DNA from: Azolla caroliniana
Taxonomy: Eukaryota > Plantae > Polypodiophyta
Direction of reading: 5' to 3'
Assembly (NCBI GenBank): GCA_043228905.1
Contig: JBHGNT010000011.1
Coordinates: forward strand, 9,982,001-10,046,000
DNA: 64,000 bases
How positions within the stretch are numbered: the stretch's first letter is position 1; every line of letters starts with the position of its first letter. The translations under genes were made by a program, and so were the position numbers. Shown one piece after another: positions 62,524 to 64,000 of the stretch. The notes beneath the pieces were generated by a model that was given only the letters and a program-made list of their open reading frames with translations, made no database searches and was not told the origin of the DNA.

Positions 62524-62539
62524 CACGAGTGGCAAGGAG

Positions 62540-64000
62540 ATGGAAAATCAACAAGAGGCTAACAATATGATGACAATGTTCGAGCGGATGCTACAAGAAC
62601 AACACGTGATGTCGAAGATTGTGTCGGCGACAGAGCGGCTTGTGCAACGGAACGGGCAATTCAACCGAAAGGATGTGTCACGTTATTTGAGGGACTACAG
62701 GGCAGAAATGCTACGGTGTGGAATATCAGAAGGATTGCAAGTGACATCCTTCAATCGGGTGGCTACAGACGGGCTTCAAGGGTGTATCCATAGATTATGA
62801 CAACAAAATCCGACGTGGGAAGTGTTTGAAGAAGCGCTGAAGACCACGTTTGTTATCGAGGACTCTTCCACGGCAAAGTGGAGGGGATTTGAAGATTGGG
62901 TGGAAATGCTAGACAAGGGGTTGAAGGTCCTCGATGTGTTTTCGGCATTCGAAAGTTGATTCGGGAGGTTGTCCATGAGAGATCAAGCTATCTCGCACCA
63001 GACAAAGTGATCATGTTCTTACGAGTTGTGGACGTCCGGGATTGGAAAGACCTTGGAGTGCTTCTAGAGGACACAACTAATGAGAGTGGCCTCACCAATA
63101 CATGGGCAAACGTGCGGGACATCGTTGCGCGATACAAAAAAAGGGGGAAATGGCTTGGTAATGAAGAAAAGAGGGTTTCAAAACCGATTCCGAAACCAAG
63201 TTCTGGATTGGAAGACCATCAACCATGGGCTCGGGAGACTACGTCTGAGAAGGGAATCGATGCAACCACGGTGGAGCAGTTGGTGAAGGAGATGGAGAAT
63301 CTGAAAATTGTAGTGGTGAAGACATCGGAAGACCGTCCCACAATTTCCAAGTATATGGACCATCGGTGCATGTGGTGCGATAGCACTGAACATGATCGGA
63401 AGGATTGCGATGAACACAAGGAGGCGCTACGACGGGATTTTATCTACTACGAGGGAAATCAGATTCATTCGATGGACTCTTGGAAGCCACTCCGGCCAAA
63501 CTTCTGAAAAGGCGGCATGAAGAAGGTCCTAGAGGAGGAGATAGCGGCGAAAAGCAATTATGCGACAACCGCGGGAATACGTGTGGGGGAGTCATCTGGA
63601 GCAAAGACATCTTTTGGCCAGAAGTGCTAGAAATCTCGGAGAAAGCCGACTTTGATGAAATCCAGAGCACCGCAGAAGGCATTCAGGAAGCTACGGGATG
63701 GGAGTGCCCCGTAGATAAGAATAGCATACATGCGTTATGTCAATTGCATGAGGTGTATGTAGATGAGAAACGACGGCGCACGGATGATGCGGTTGGTCCA
63801 TCAAAGACACCGGAGAGCGGGAACTCCGAAGAGAAGGGGAAAGGAAAAACAATTCCGGCATTTAAACTCGCTTCAGACATCGAACAACGAACAAACCTAA
63901 AGAAGGTGTTCGAAGAGAGAATCCTTGATAGTCGGGTGGAATTTTCTCTCTGGGAATTACTCGGAATAGCGAAGAAGGAGTTCCATGATCTTCTTATGGA
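62540..64000 (+). pseudogene. Gag remnant of element F
   Basis: Fragmented ORFs directly after the PBS; knuckle CMWCDSTEHDRKDC; several stops and frameshifts. Confidence 0.75.

Larger units (their letters stand above)
46432..64000 (+). mobile_element. Gypsy-like element F (5' LTR split by E; runs off window)
   Basis: LTR 46432-46439 + 61771-62501 with termini tgtcgt...acgaca; PBS 62506-62523; degraded gag follows. Confidence 0.78.

Overview
Repeat-rich land-plant nuclear DNA (a non-seed plant is plausible, but that is inference). Two deep nests of LTR retrotransposons flank two intact host genes and one DNA transposon. Nest 1 (1-23834): an old Gypsy-like element X contains Copia A, whose 5' LTR contains Copia B, which contains Copia C (intact) and Copia D (antisense, deleted). 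The middle holds a 13-exon peroxisomal acyl-CoA oxidase gene and a 2-exon PRP18 gene, both on the minus strand. An 8.4-kb Mutator-like element carrying a transposase and a Ulp1-type protease gene sits just upstream of PRP18. Nest 2 (45828-64000): a LINE endonuclease fragment is interrupted by Gypsy F (tRNA-Trp-type PBS). Gypsy E is inserted in the first 8 bp of F's LTR, and E contains intact antisense Copia G. Most striking: Gypsy X and E have no polypurine tract at the 3' LTR and instead carry a conserved copy of a tRNA 3' end ending in CCA, i.e. a second, inverted PBS, suggesting tRNA priming of both strands. All five Copia elements enclose their PPT/U3 junction in a stem-loop, using three unrelated stem sequences. 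Coordinates and mismatch counts were made by eye. tRNA identities are recalled from known plant tRNA 3' ends and need a database check.
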